NCBI RefSeq assembly: GCF_006345805.1
Contig: NC_043003.1
Span: 30,566,001-30,630,000, forward strand
From: Octopus sinensis
Taxonomy: Eukaryota
Length of the DNA stretch: 64,000 bases
Direction of reading: 5' to 3'
The notes beneath the pieces are model-generated. The model was not told where the DNA came from and made no database searches. It saw only the letters and a list, made by a program, of their open reading frames with translations. Positions 24,337-37,744 of the stretch are shown here, piece by piece. The translations under genes and the position numbers were made by a program. Every line of letters starts with the position of its first letter. Positions within the stretch are counted from its first letter, which is position 1.

Positions 24337-25085
24337 CATCATCATCATCATAGTTTAATGTCCGCTTTCCATGCTAGCATGGATTGGACGGTTCAACTGG
24401 CGTCTGGGAAGCCAGAAGGCTGCACCAGGCCCAGTCTGATTTGGCAGTGTTTCTACAGCTGGATGCCCTTCCTAACACCAACCATTCCGTGATTGTAGTA
24501 GGTGCTTTTTATGTGCCACCGGCACTGACGCCAGACGAGGCTGGCAATGGCCACACTGGTATCACAGCTACAATTTCCATTGAAGTTGATCGATTTCGAT
24601 TTTGATTTTCACTTGCCTCAACAGGTCTTCACAAGTAGAGCTTTGTGTCCCAAGAAGGAAAGGTATGCATTAGTGGACTGGCTACATCCCAGGTAGAAGC
24701 CACGGGTTATGGTCTCATTTGTCCTGCTGGGTCTTCTCACGCACAGCATACTTCCAAAGGTCTCAGTCTCTAGTCATTTCCTTGGTGAGACCTAAAGTTC
24801 GAAGGTCGTGCTTCACCACCTTGTCCCAGGTTTTCCTAGGTCTACCTCTTCCACAGGTTCCCTCATCCGCTAGGGTGTGGCACTTTTTCACACAACTATC
24901 TTCATCCATTCTCACTACATGACCATACCAGCCAAACATCTCTCTTGCACACCACAACTGATGCTTCTTAGGTCCAACTTTTCTCTCAAGGTACTTACAC
25001 TCTGTCGAGTATGAACACTGACATTACACATCCATCGGAGCATACTGGCTTCATTTCTCACGAGCTTATGCATATCCTCAGCAGT
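24337..25085 (-). mobile_element. 5'-truncated RTE-clade LINE (ORF C-terminus, 3'UTR, (GAT)n tail)
   Basis: RNEASMLRWMCNVSV...LREKLDLRSI and GWYGHVVRMDEDSCVKK...GRGRPRKTWDKVVKHDL are RTE RT C-terminal motifs, frameshifted. Confidence 0.85.
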
Positions 25086-25271
25086 CACACACACACATAT
25101 ATATATTGAACATCCAGTAAACTTAGGAAGGGTATCTGGCTGTAGAAACTTTGCCAAAGTAGATGCTGGAGACCAATGCAGCCTTCATGCTAGTTGAACT
25201 GCCAAACTGTCCAACCCATGCTAGCTGCTAGCACAGAACACAGACGTGTGTATATAAATATATATATAATG

Positions 25272-25813
25272 GACTTCATTCAGTTGCCATCCACCAAATC
25301 CACTCACAGGGCTTTGGTCAGCCTGAGGCTATAGTAGAAGACACTTCAACAAGTTGACACACAGTGAGACTGAATCCCAAACCATCTAATTGGGAAGTAG
25401 ATTTCTTAATCACGCAGTCACATTGCAGTGCTATATATCATCATCAATGATCACTTTTCCATGCTTGCATGAGTCAGACAGAATTTGTCAAAGCAGAGTT
25501 TCTACAGCTTGATGCCCTTCCTGCTGCCATCCCTTGCCTGTTTCCATGCAAAATATTCCCTCATTGCCATTTTCATGGAGGATTGGTAATGAACAACATT
25601 GCTTGTTTGTTAGTGCTGTTTATTTATAATCATCATGATATTAAGACAATGGTACAAACACACCCAGGTTTCTTTCAGTTTCCATCTATCAAATCCACAC
25701 ACAAGGCTTTGGTTGGCCTGGGGCTATAGTAGAAGACACTTGCATAAAGTATCATGTAGTGGAATGAACCTAAGTTTGGTTGGGAAGTAAGTTTTCCAAT
25801 CACACAGTTATGC
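25272..25813 (-). mobile_element. Two SINE-A 5' halves (25272-25425, 25668-25813) around an RTE tail fragment
   Basis: Reverse complements of the SINE-A head and body (GGCTATAGTAGAAGACACT) seen twice. Confidence 0.65.
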
Positions 25814-25877
<64 letters not shown>

Positions 25878-26129
25878 CACAATAGTCTAGTTTATGAAAT
25901 GTGTGAGTGTATATATGAATAAAATAAATATTCTGAGAGAATGGTTCACTACAGAACTCAATGGTTATGTTGTAAGTCCCAGATTGTTGCTGTTAGATCT
26001 AACATATGATGGAAGTTATTCCAACAGTACAGTATGACCTTTCTTTTTTAAGATGGTGTGATGTGGTTTGCAATAGAAATGACTGCTATTTCCATCAGAT
26101 TGTGTGATCCATGAGTAAGTTTGAAAGTA

Positions 26130-26825
26130 GTTCAGTTATGATTGATATTTACTACAAATATCACAATGGCATTGACTCACACCACTGACACTGCATTTGT
26201 GAGCAGTAAAAATAGGTTTATGAGATAATGTTTTAGCCCAGACACTACAGTAGCTTGGTTTCTTGTGTAACTATGTATATTTCTGAATTGCTAAGTCAAT
26301 ATCACAAGCGAAGGTTTTATCACAGATATTAGTGGTATGATTACTAACTAATATGAGCATGTATATAATGAATTAAGCGAAAATTCTGAGAAAGAATATT
26401 TTACTACAGTTATCACAGTGGTATACTTTCTCACCAGCATGAGTACATATGTAACAGATCGATTGAGAATTCCGAGAAAGTATTTTACTACAAATATCAC
26501 AGTGGTACGGCTCCTAACCTGTGTGAGTATGTGACAAATTAATTGAAAACTCTGAGAGAATATTTTACAACAGATATTATAGTGTTATGATTTTTTTCAT
26601 TTGTGTGAGCATATTTGTGAACAGTCAAGTTATCGTTACATGTGAAACCTTTAGCACATATATCATATTTGTTTAACATGTGTGTAAGTATGTATGTGAG
26701 GATTTAGACAAAAATTCTGAGAAAATGGTTTACCACAAACATCACAGTGGTAAGGTTTTTGATTTGTATGAGTATGTATATGAAGAGTTAAGTGAGAGTT
26801 CTTAGAAAATGATTTACCACAGATA
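26130..26825 (-). pseudogene. Fossil finger tail of ZNF-3 (about 8 units, first one intact in the shifted frame)
   Basis: After a 5-nt deletion the +1 frame reads [49 protein letters not shown], then progressively decayed units. Confidence 0.9.
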
Positions 26826-27935
26826 TCACATTGGTTTAGCATCTGTGTGAGTACGTATGTGACGAGTTAAACAAAAATTCTGAGAAAATGATTTACCACA
26901 AATGCCACAGTGGTAAGGTTTTTCATTTGTATGAGTACGCATATGAAGAGTTAAGCGAGAGTTCTGAGAAAATGATTTACCACAGATATCACAGTGGAAT
27001 AGACTCTTACTAGTATGAGTACATTTGTGAACAGTCAAGTCATCATTACACAAAAATGCTTCACCACAAATATCACACTGGTACTGTTTGTCAGTGTGAG
27101 TACGTATGTGACAATTTAAAAGTGAACTCTGTGAAAATGTTTCACCACAGACTTTACAGCGATATGGTTTTTCACCTGTGTGAGTACGCATGTGACTAAT
27201 TAAGTGAGAATTCTGAGTAAATGTTTTATCACAGACATCACAGTGGTATGGTTTTTCACCTGTGTGGATACGAATGTGTCGAGTCAAATGTTCTTTCCGG
27301 GAAAATGTTTCTGCACAGATATCACAATGGTATGGTTTTTCACCTGAATGAGTACGCTTATGACGTTGTAAGTAGTAATTTTCAGAAAATATTTTACCAC
27401 AAATATCACAGTGGTGTGGTTTCTCACCTGTGTGAGTACGTATGTGACGAGTTAGGTGATAATTCTTAGAAAATGTTTTACCACAGGTGTCACATTGGTA
27501 TGATTTTTCACCTGTGTGTGTACAATTGTGAACAGTCAAGTCATCTTTACAAGAGAATGTTAAACCACAGTTATAACACTGGTATTGCTTCTCACCTTTG
27601 TGAGTACATATATGAAGAGTTAAATTAGAATTCTGAGAAAATGTTTTGCCACAGACATCACAGCAATATGGTTTTATAACTTTGTGAGTAAGTTTGTGAG
27701 ATGAAAAGGAACTGTCTGTTGTAAAAACTTTGTCACAAATTTCACAATGATAAACATTTGAAATTGTGTGGAGTGATTTGTGTTCTCCAATATCTTTATA
27801 TTTTGTCACTGTCTTCCCTTTGATATCACAGTGGTATGATTTCTTCCCTACATCTTCCTTACTTTGGTGAAGAAACTTGTTATTTTCACATTGAGTTTCA
27901 GCATAGTCCTGATTCTCACATACTCTCTCCTCCAT
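26826..27935 (-). CDS. ZNF-3: C2H2 poly-zinc-finger protein, 369 aa, 11 canonical fingers plus a degenerate first finger
   Basis: Open ORF; ends KPM* because of a frameshift in the last linker. Confidence 0.93.
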   Translation of the reverse strand: MEERVCENQDYAETQCENNKFLHQSKEDVGKKSYHCDIKGKTVTKYKDIGEHKSLHTISNVYHCEICDKVFTTDSSFSSHKLTHKVIKPYCCDVCGKTFSQNSNLTLHICTHKGEKQYQCYNCGLTFSCKDDLTVHNCTHTGEKSYQCDTCGKTFSKNYHLTRHIRTHTGEKPHHCDICGKIFSENYYLQRHKRTHSGEKPYHCDICAETFSRKEHLTRHIRIHTGEKPYHCDVCDKTFTQNSHLISHMRTHTGEKPYRCKVCGETFSQSSLLNCHIRTHTDKQYQCDICGEAFLCNDDLTVHKCTHTSKSLFHCDICGKSFSQNSRLTLHMRTHTNEKPYHCGICGKSFSQNFCLTRHIRTHTDAKPM

Positions 27936-29711
27936 AGTGTCATTTGTTGCTCACAAGATATGATTTTGTCTTTTATCTCAGTTTTAAGTTAAATTGTGTG
28001 TTTTATAAGATGTAGTGATGTACTAGGCTACTGAGCACAAGGTAATAAGATCAAAACTTACTGATAGTCAAACAGTATATTTTATCTAACAATAAAAATC
28101 AAAGTTTGAAAATTTCTGTGGTTATGCGGTGGATATAAATAAATATCTTTCAAACTTTTTAAAGGACACATTAATTCTCCAAAATTTGAATTATTCTAAA
28201 TACAACGAACCATCCTAAACATGATAGTATTCAATCTAGTTTTAAAAATATATTCAGATCCATAAGGTATCACACATAAGGCTAGTAAAGTTTTCTACTA
28301 AAGTTCAACCATTAAACAAAATCATCCATGAAATGTATATCAAATCAACTTCAAAAAATTTCTGTCAAGTCAGATAATCTCTGTCGCATGATATTTTCAA
28401 GGAGTAAATCTTCAGTGTTTCATATCGTTCCTTAATCCGTTGATGTCTTCTGTGAAAAATTGTCATATCAATGTAACCAGATAACCTGAAATACAGAGAT
28501 AGTATCATACATAAGAGACAATTTAATGTCAACAGAAAGGGTGGTAGAGATATATTTCACCAGAAATACTGAAAGATATTATGAGAGAGAGAGAGAAAAT
28601 TTCTACAAAGATATATAGTAAGAAAATCTGTTAGGTCACTTGATTTAATTTCAAAGATTTTAATGAAGAGGTACACCTTTTATTTTCCATATTTGGAATG
28701 CTACGAAGGTTCCCTTTATTACAAGTGATATAATGGTATGATTTTTACTTTCACTCTTAAGAACAGAGACATGAAATACTATGCCAAAATCACTGTTGTT
28801 AATATCTTCAATATACACATTTCTTCATACATTTCCACTCTGTCCTTAACAAACTAAAGAATCAGTTAAACTACTGGCCTTTGTGATACTCTTATTAGCC
28901 TCAATGAATACAACAGAGAGATAATAATAATTATTATTATAATTGAGTGAGAGAGCAGTGCATGCCATCAAAGCTCAGTATACCCTTCATGACAACCTGT
29001 CTGATAAGGGTACATCAGGCACATGTATCACAACCATATGTGCAAGACATGGTGATCTCATATCAAGATAAACAGCACATGACCTTGCAGGTGGGGCCCA
29101 GTTTGAATTTCCTTCGGGTCAAGTAGCTCATCCTGCTCAAATGGTCCTTGTTGAACAAAACACCTAAGTTTCCATACCCACCAAAATTCCTCTCAACACA
29201 TGGCTATGATGCTCCCCCACTACTTCTGCTCGTGATCAGAGATGCACATATCGTCAGCCCCAAAGGAACATGCTCAACTGGTGAAGGTCAAACAACTGAC
29301 AAGTAAATCTGTAGTATTGAGCAGAATATTTGCTGTAGCCCATCTTTTATACCATGACAAAACATTATTATTATTATTATTATTATTATTATGCCTAACC
29401 TTGAAGTAGAAATTTTTTTTTCCAAAAGAAATATTTTGGATATATGATTTAATAACAAAATGTTGATCAATAAGAACAAAAAATATTTAAAACAGAAAAC
29501 AATAAATTGTAAATAGTAGAGAGTTGGCCAAAGATTTCTATGACCTTGTAGGAATTTTAATTGATGAATTTTCTTTGTTTCATAGTTTCTGACCTGACAC
29601 ATTGTTACTCTCAGGTTTACTTTTGTAACCCTCAACTCACTATAGACAATATTAGGCTGCACCGGACTGGCAATCTTTTGTTTTGAGAACAGTTTACATC
29701 GCTTCTTAAAG

Positions 29712-30560
29712 CATGTAGGTTTATTTATGTTTCTGAACAAGATCATCGCTTTCCGTAAAAGTTTTTTATTTTATTTACTTATGTGGTAGAAGACAGGAAG
29801 AGGGGACTTACCGTTAGAAGTCAGCGTAAAAGGGGAAGAGAGAGAGAGCAATTAGAACAGGGGACTATCTTTTGAAGTCATCGTGAAGTGGAGGAATTGA
29901 TGTGTGTGTGTGTTTGATGGGGTGTGCAAGACAGAGTGAGCAATGGTGCTGGTGTGTGAGTGATTGAGAGTGAGAGAGATAACTGATTTATTTACTTTTT
30001 GTAGTGAGTGAATGTGTGAGTGATTGACAGAGAAAAAGAGAGAGAGAGGTTGCTATGTATGTATGAATGTAAGTGTGAATGGCTTCAGTGACACACAGAA
30101 ACACGTACGCCTATTGCATACATGTTCATGTGCGTTTGAGGGAGAGAGAAGGTATGTTTTTTTTGTTTTTGCTAGTTGTTTGCATGTATGTTTATGTAAC
30201 GGTCTGCTCTGTATAACAACAAGCAAAAACAAAAAACATACCTTCTCTCTCTCTCTCAATCACACACACACACACACACCAGCACCATTGCTCTCTCTGT
30301 CTCTTCACACACTAACAAAACAACTTCACATACACACCACACTTTCTGTCTCGCACACCCCATCAAATGCACACATTAATTCTTCTGCTTCATGCAGACT
30401 TCAAAAGATAGTCCACTGTTCTAATTGCTCTCCCTCTCTCTCTTTCCCTTTTACACTGACTTCAAAAGGTAAGTCAACCCTCCCCCTCCACATAAGTAAA
30501 AAAAAAAAATTTTTTACAGAAAGCCACGATCTTGTTCAGAAACATAAACTAACCCATGTG
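29712..30560. mobile_element. ~850-bp imperfect palindromic (fold-back) element
   Basis: Outer arms TTTATGTTTCTGAACAAGATC / GATCTTGTTCAGAAACATAAA; GCAATTAGAACAG..GACTATCTTTTGAAGTC with its reverse complement; inner stem AGAAGGTATGTTTTTT / AAAAAACATACCTTCT. Confidence 0.8.
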
Positions 30561-30779
30561 GTCAAGAGTTAACATTTACGATACTGAAAACGAAACCTTT
30601 AACAATTCTAAACTACCACATTTATATCTGTAATGTGAGTGTCAATAACAATCTGTAACTACTGCTGCACCATTACATCAAACCCAATATGTGATAGTAC
30701 ATGGCCACACCACAACATGTTACCCAATATGTGAAGCAACACTCATCACTCGCATATTTTGGAATGAATCAAATGGAAG

Positions 30780-31690
30780 TTGAGTTGCTGTCAAGCATGA
30801 AGAAACACAGCTTACACTTTGAATGTTTTCTCTCTCTCAACAGCTAGTTGTAAATTTTTAAAGCTAGTTTTGTTAGACAACCAATTATGTTGGATATAGT
30901 GGAAAATTATGGGGATCTAGTTTATTTTGGCAATGTATGCTGAGGATCAATGATGGAAAGAATATTTTCTTGCATGAAGCAGTGGCAATATTCTTTGAAA
31001 GTATAAATGTGAATGTTTCACATTATTTTGACCCTGACTGGCTTGCAACTAAAGCATTTACTGTGGACAATACATCTAATTTAATGACTTGAACTTATAA
31101 CATCAAGTAAAAAAAAAAACCCAGCTGATATACGGGATATATGGTCATATTGTGGTATTTGAAACAAAGCCCACCAGCTTTTAAAAAGGAAATATTTTTC
31201 CAAGTTTCATAAAAAATAAAGCACGAGATATGACCAGAGAGTTAAAAAAAGAATTTGTATAATATATTACTAAATTTTCGCTTCAGCCAAACGAATTCAA
31301 GCTGTCTGCTACTCCATTTGGTGTCGGACAGTGCCTCATAAAATTATCAAATGGAATTGATTATGATGCAGTATGACAACATACTGAGATTTAAATTTCA
31401 TTCTGAAGATTTGTTAGTGCTTGACTTCTTTCCATAGAAAATTTATTTATCCAAGTGGCAAGTATCCTTAATTATCCGTACAAAAAGGATAACATTGTTT
31501 GGCGGCACTTTTCTGTGTAAGCAAATATTTCCAAAAATATACCACTTTAAGAACCATTTGAGAACCAATCGATGCCTATTTGAATAACGTCTTTACTATT
31601 TGCACTGTCCGTTTACCTCAAATATCTTGGCTAATGTCTCCTTCCACTTTTTAGACTTAAGTAGGTCCTTATCGAACAAACATGATTAAA
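30780..31690 (+). mobile_element. Decayed hAT (Charlie/SPIN-like) transposase remnant
   Basis: Broken frames resembling WLxDLAFxVDITxHLNxLN, YQMELI and FGGTFLCKQIF of the hAT C-terminal region. Confidence 0.55.
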
Positions 31691-32803
31691 AGCATTCTAA
31701 TGGGGGTTTTTTCCCCCCAAGCATAAGGATATTTATCATGAAAAGATCACGTAGAAGTTTCGGTTGCTCAGGCATAATAAAGATTGGATTGGAGTGTCGA
31801 AAAACGAAACTAAATACGAACTTTCGAAAATGTCTTATTTACTTTCTTCTATTTAAACACATAAATGCAAACAGATGTACGTAGACCGACACATACAATA
31901 TTATATTAATAATACTTACATATTAATAAAGACCCAACGAGGGACATGTAATATACACGCAAGAAATAAACACAGAGGAGGCATGGATAGCTTCAAGAGA
32001 ACTTTAAGCTTTTACAGCGAACGTTAATTTTCATTTTAAGGTTCACATAATAAAGAGTGCCGTCTGTATTTCATATAGAGTTCATTACCAATTAACTATA
32101 ATGATCTCGGTCGTCAAAATGTAAGTTATTAAGTGGAACTGAAAGTAATAATGACGTGAATCAAACAATAGCAGGAAGTGAAGTAAATTATGGAAGCAAT
32201 CAGGGGACGTAACTCTATTGTTAACCTGGCTAAATATAAATGCTTCAAATGAAATAAAATTATTTTGCTGGGAGATTTATTTATTCACCCCAGTTAGTAA
32301 AAATCTAAATGTTTAATGTTTACAAGTACACAGGTACGAAAAAAATCGACTTTTTCTGTTTTTGAAATTTTTTCAGCGGATTCCTATGTTTTCGACAAAA
32401 GGCAATACTTCCTTTTGTACCCCGCCCCTTTTTTATTATTTTTTTTTTTACACACAAACCCCCGTTCCACCGTTTTCGGCTACGGAGAATACGAAACTGC
32501 AAAAAAAAAAAATTGGCAGAAATCGGCATTTAGAAATTACCCCACCCCCAATTTCTTCATTTTTTAACTTTTTTCAGAATTTTTTTTTTATTTGCAAAAT
32601 ATGCGGAAAAATACAGAGATTATGATCCTAAACAAAATTTCCAAAAATTTTTGTAGTTAGGGTTAGGGAAAAAAAATCAAAGATGAAGAAAGGGGGCGAT
32701 GGGTGTAGGGTCAAATGTCCAAATGCCGACTTTTGGCAATTTTCAGGAAATTCCGTATCCGAAAACGGGGATTTTTGGAAAAAAAAAAGGGAGAAAAAAA
32801 ATA

Positions 32804-33210
32804 GGCGCAGGAGTGGCTGTGTGGTAAGTAGCTTGCTTACCAACCACATGGTTCCGGGTTCAGTTCGACTACGTGGCACCTTGGGCAAGTGTCTTCTACT
32901 ATAGCCTCAGGGTGACCAAAGCCTTGTGAGTGGATTTGGTAGACGGAAACTGGAAGAAGCCCGTCGTATAAATATATATGTGTGTGTGTGTATATGTTTG
33001 TGTGTCTGTGTTTGTCCCCTCCAACATCGCTTAACAACCGATGCTGGTGTGTTTGCGTCCCCGTCACTTAGCGGTTCGGCAAGAGAGGCCGATAGAATAA
33101 GTACTAGGCTTACAAAGAATAAGTCCTTGGGTTGATTTGCTCGACTAAAGGTAGGGCTCCAGCATGGCCGCACTCAAATGACTGAAACAAATAAAAGAAA
33201 ATAAAGAGAA
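32804..33210 (+). mobile_element. SINE family A, near full-length (reference copy in this window)
   Basis: GGCGCAGGAGTGGCTGTGTGG (A box), GGTTCAGT (B box), central TA/TG microsatellite, 3' AATGACTGAAACAA plus A-rich tail. Confidence 0.88.
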
Positions 33211-33514
33211 GAAAAACTTGGGTTGGAAATGGGGTGGGGGGACAAGAGGAAGTCTTTCCGAAGGAGATTCTGAATATGTCAAAAACCGTGTTTTCAAAAT
33301 TCCCCACTCCCCACCCCAAATTTTAAAATTTTAACTTTTTTTCGAATTGTTTTTCAATCTATGTGGGAAAATATGGAGATTAAAAATATGGAAAAAAACA
33401 ATAATTAATTTCAAATTTTCTATGAGGAAACTCCAAAATTGATTCATACGTCCCTTGCCCCTGCTGTTTAAAAGTGAAAACGAACGGCTTGTGTGTTTGT
33501 GTGTGCGCACACGA

Positions 33515-33604
33515 ATGAACAGAGAAAATACACCGAAATATGTTTTACATACCTGTCGTATGAACAGAGAAAATACACCGAAATATGTTTTACATACCTG
33601 TCGT
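33515..33604. repeat. Perfect 45-bp tandem duplication
   Basis: ATGAACAGAGAAAATACACCGAAATATGTTTTACATACCTGTCGT occurs twice in tandem. Confidence 0.95.
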
Positions 33605-34069
33605 ATATGTTGGTTTTGTTTTTTCGCTTTAAAGGTAAATGGTCCTGATAGAAGCAAACGCAATATTCAATAACATGTTTGTGTTCTTCATTCAGAAAGT
33701 ATAATAACTTCATGGGACTTCGTTCATATGTATCCCCCCCACCAAACTTTGTTTATTCGGAATCTACAAGATATAATACATGTTTGTAGAAAATTCCATT
33801 AAAAAATATCTATTTTTCTGAAAGTTATGATCATCCAAAGTCGGTGGGGCAGAAATCTGTAGTTATGCATGGATTTTAAGTGCATGGCGCCCACAAAATT
33901 GACCACAATCACTCCAGAAAAGGGAAGATAAGTTTACTTGTTAAACAGATACTCCAGATCATTTTTGCAAGGGCACCGTGAAAAGAAATTTGAAAAAACT
34001 CCGTCAAAATGGAGAAATTCGAACTTGTTGGTGCTTCCCAACTCTGAAGTCTGCCTATGCATGTGTGTG

Positions 34070-34395
34070 TGTGTTTGACACCCTGTCACCACTTATAACC
34101 ACTGTTGCTGTACATTATTTTCAGTGAAGAGATAGATGTCCTCATCATGTTTGTTATCACGTTTCAGCTGATGTACTCTCCAGCCTTCATCATGTGTTCT
34201 GATGGAATCTCGAACCCAACCCTTTATTTGACTAATGTTGCAGTGTTTACGTCCCCACAGCAGTTCGGCAATAAAAAACAAAACAAACAAATAAAAAACA
34301 CAATAGAATAAGTACTAAGCTTCAAAAATAAGGGGACTTTTCGTTTGACTAAAGCCCTTCAAGGCGGTGCTCCAGCATGGCGGCAATCAAGTGAC
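34070..34395 (+). mobile_element. SINE-A 3' half containing a ~130-bp Penelope-like terminal insert
   Basis: SINE body is interrupted at about 34095-34230 by a segment whose minus strand reads ATGATGAAGGCTG-x10-CAGCTGAAACG. Confidence 0.6.
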
Positions 34396-35256
34396 TGAAA
34401 CAAGTAAAGGAGTAACTCCACAATGTCACCTTTCTTCTTCATGATGAACATCCATCGCTCTTCTATAGTCTGAGTATGGATGTTGTTATTTGGATAAAAA
34501 AAAAAATGAGTGAATCATTGACCCACATAAAAAGACCCCCATCAAATGCATTTCATGAAATGTTGGTATATTACTGGGCATAACTACAGACTTCTTCCCC
34601 CCACCCTGACTTTGGATGATCATGATTTCTAGAAAAATGGATATTTTTTAATGAAATTTTCTATGAATATGTTATATCATGTAGATTCCGAATATACAAA
34701 TTTTGGGGGGGAAAGTATTTTAGGAGGGGGTCGGGTGGGGAATTTTAGAAAATTCACTGGAGTCCACCTCAATTTATTTTAACTTTCAAGAAAATGGATA
34801 TTTTTTTAATGAAATTTTCTACAAATATACCTTGGACTATGTAGATTCTGAGGACAGGAATTTGAGGAGAAAACAATTTGGGGGTTATTTTTGAGAACCT
34901 TTCCCCACTCACAAGTGTTTCTGAACAAGTGCATATTTGTAGAGAATTGCATTAAAAAATATCCATTTTCTTGAAAGTTAAGATGAATTGCAGTGGTCTC
35001 CAGTGAATTTTCTGAAATTCCCCACCCCACCCTCAAAATCAAGCTGTATCCTAATATGCCACATATTTTATGGACTTTAAAAAATAATTCCTGATGGACA
35101 AGGGGCTTTCACAGTCTTCATATTCTTAACTGCTGCCAAGAAGAATGGTTGGAGCCTAACTTAGGTTCACATTAGGACAGCTCTCTCACATTTAGTAGCC
35201 TTTCATATTGTTGTTAGTAAGCAAGCTACTTACCACACAGCCACTCCTGCGCCTAT

Positions 35257-35825
35257 GGAAATTTTTTTTTTTGTTGAATGAATTCCGGTGACCTCCTAAT
35301 ATGCCACAAAACCCTTTTTTGGGTCCTAAAAACTGAGTGGGGTGGGAGCCTTGTAAATTTGGTAAATTTTGATCCTTTCACCTGCAAGATTTCCGCTAAG
35401 AAAAAAAAACTCAGATTTTTTGCGTGGAATCAAGTACCCTGACCTCCTAATATGCTGCAAAGCCCTTGTTTTTGTTCGGAAAAAAGTGGGGGTTGGGAAA
35501 TCAGAGCCCCCTCCCCCCATATCCCGGAATCAGTGGAAATTTTTTTTTTTCATTGAATGAATTCCGGTGACCTCCTAATATGCTACAAAACCCTTTTTTG
35601 GGGTCCGGAAAATGGGGTGGGGTAAGGTGGAAGCATCGGAAATTCCACCCGTCACCCCCATTGATCTTTTTTCTGAACCAAAATAAGGAGTTTGCAGTAT
35701 ACTAGGTCAGGGTACTTGATTCCAAGCCAAAAAATCCAAGTTTTTCTTTCTTAGTGAAAATTGTGCAGGTAAAAGGATCAATGGGGGTGGGGGTGAGTGA
35801 AAATTCCAAGGCTTCCACCCCATTC
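35257..35825. repeat. Direct and inverted copies of the 15285-15835 repeat unit
   Basis: Direct units at 35257-35680; inverted partial at 35700-35825 (GGTCAGGGTACTTGATTCC). Confidence 0.7.
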
Positions 35826-35859
35826 AATTCAGTAATGTGAACCTCTATGAGACTGTGAT

Positions 35860-36315
35860 CAAACCCTGGTTGGAGAGGATCGCTGCATGAAGGCCATATG
35901 TATGGCAGCAGCATTAATTTCCTTGGCATACCTCTGGAAAGAATCAAAAGTGATTGTTGGAGAATTTCTGTGTCTGCGCCAGCCCCAGTTTCTGGCCTCT
36001 TAACTACCCCAATTGTAATCCCATAGATTATTATCTGTGGGATGCAACTGAGAAAGACACCAGCTTTTCTGTCTGCAAGACCAAGGCCAAACTAGTGGTC
36101 AAGATTAGCAAGTTGTTTGGAGATCTTCCCAGAGACACAATGAGGAATGCATGCACCTGGTTCCAGAGCAATCTCGAAGTTGTGATGTCAGCCAAGGGTG
36201 GCTACAGTGAGTAAACTGTTATCCCTAGCCATAGTGTAGTTGATATTTAAAAAAAAAATTTAAATGGGATATTGTGTATTCACCTTATGCAAGCTGTCAC
36301 ATTTAGCCCGAACAC
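35860..36315 (+). mobile_element. maT/DD37D-like Tc1-mariner transposase 3' remnant
   Basis: GRPYVWQQ upstream, then FWPLNYPNCNPIDYYLWD...RNACTWFQSNLEVVMSAKGGYSE*. Confidence 0.65.
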
Positions 36316-37744
36316 CCTTTTGAGAGAGGTATTTATTGTACTGACTTTGTAGTTCTTTTAACCATACTGCATTACGGTTGTATTCTTCATTTACATTACA
36401 TATCCCCCCCACACACACACACACCAGAATAACTCTAGGTTCTCTTGGAGAGAAGCATTTTCAATCTTGATTGTATGGCTGTCATACTGAGATATATAAT
36501 ATAGCTTACAGATTTTGGGAGCAAATGTGCAGTTTACCACCTTGTGATTATTTAATTTTTTACAGTAACAAAGTGTTTCAGATCGTGTTTAAGGGCAATC
36601 AGTTTATTAGTGTTTTTTGATAGAATTTCCATATAGTTTGGAGAATCTGTCATGCAGTCACAGCTGGGGTTTGTGAAATACAACTTTCACTTTGCATTTG
36701 TTCACAGTGTCCAACTTTCTTATTTTTTCCTTGAGTCCATTGACATTATTTTGGAAGGAGGTAATCCAATTTTATATTAATATCTTTTGGATTGGTCTAT
36801 TTTTCTACCATCTGTTGGTGTTCAAATACAATGGTACAATAGAGGAGGAAATTCAATGTCCAAAAGCTGGGAGTATGAATTTGTGCTAGATATTCTCTTG
36901 CAACATTGAGTCACCGGGTTTTTTTCCTCAACTCATGTTGGGATCATTTTCATGCAATGCTTTGTGTACGTAAATAGTTAAGTTTTGCTCAAATCTTGAT
37001 GAATACTGATTTTAATATCTCATATTTCCTCGTTTGTTTTTGTGAGATCATAAACAGCTTCCACATGTCAGTTTTGTTATTGCTTATCATTGTTATGGTC
37101 TTTATATTCTTTTTTACCTTTCAGAGACTCCTCACAGAAAAAGTTTACTGTGTTGTCAATACAAGTATTTTTTTTTGTAAATTTGGCATGAACAATTTTG
37201 TTTACATACACATATACACACGTATTTATAGGTATAACTGTGTTATTAAGAAATTTGCTTCCTAACCATATGGTTTCCAATTCAGACCCAAAGCATAGCA
37301 CCTTGCAAGTGTCTTCCATAATAGCCTAAGGCTGACAAAAACCTTAATGATTAGATGTGGTAGAAGGAAACTAGAAGCTTGTCATGTATGTATATATGTG
37401 TGTACTTGTCTTAACATTGCATGGTAAATGTATAGAAAGAGTCAGCATAATATATGTGTTATTCTTTTCCAGTCTTCCATGAAAACCTGTCTGGCCATGG
37501 GGGAATGAATTATTTGGAAGCAGATAAGGGTTAGCAACAAGAAAGGTATCTGGCTATTGAGTATCTGCTTCAATGGATTTCGTTTGATTTCTGTAATCAT
37601 GGAAAAATGGATGTTCAAACGCTTATGATAACTATTATCATATACATGATGCACTTCTGCACAGTTTCTTTTTATTGAATTCCACTCACAAAGCATCGAT
37701 CGCACTGAGGTTATAGTAGAAGACACACACTAAAGGTGTTGTAC

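Larger units (their letters stand above)
28486..31919 (-). other. Predicted 5'UTR intron of ZNF-3 (3434 nt)
   Basis: Acceptor CTCTGTATTTCAG|GTTATC at 28486 matches the paralogs; donor TAT|GTAAGT at 31919 is the best match near a CpG-rich patch with CAGGAAGTG (32172-32180). Donor assignment is tentative. Confidence 0.45.
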
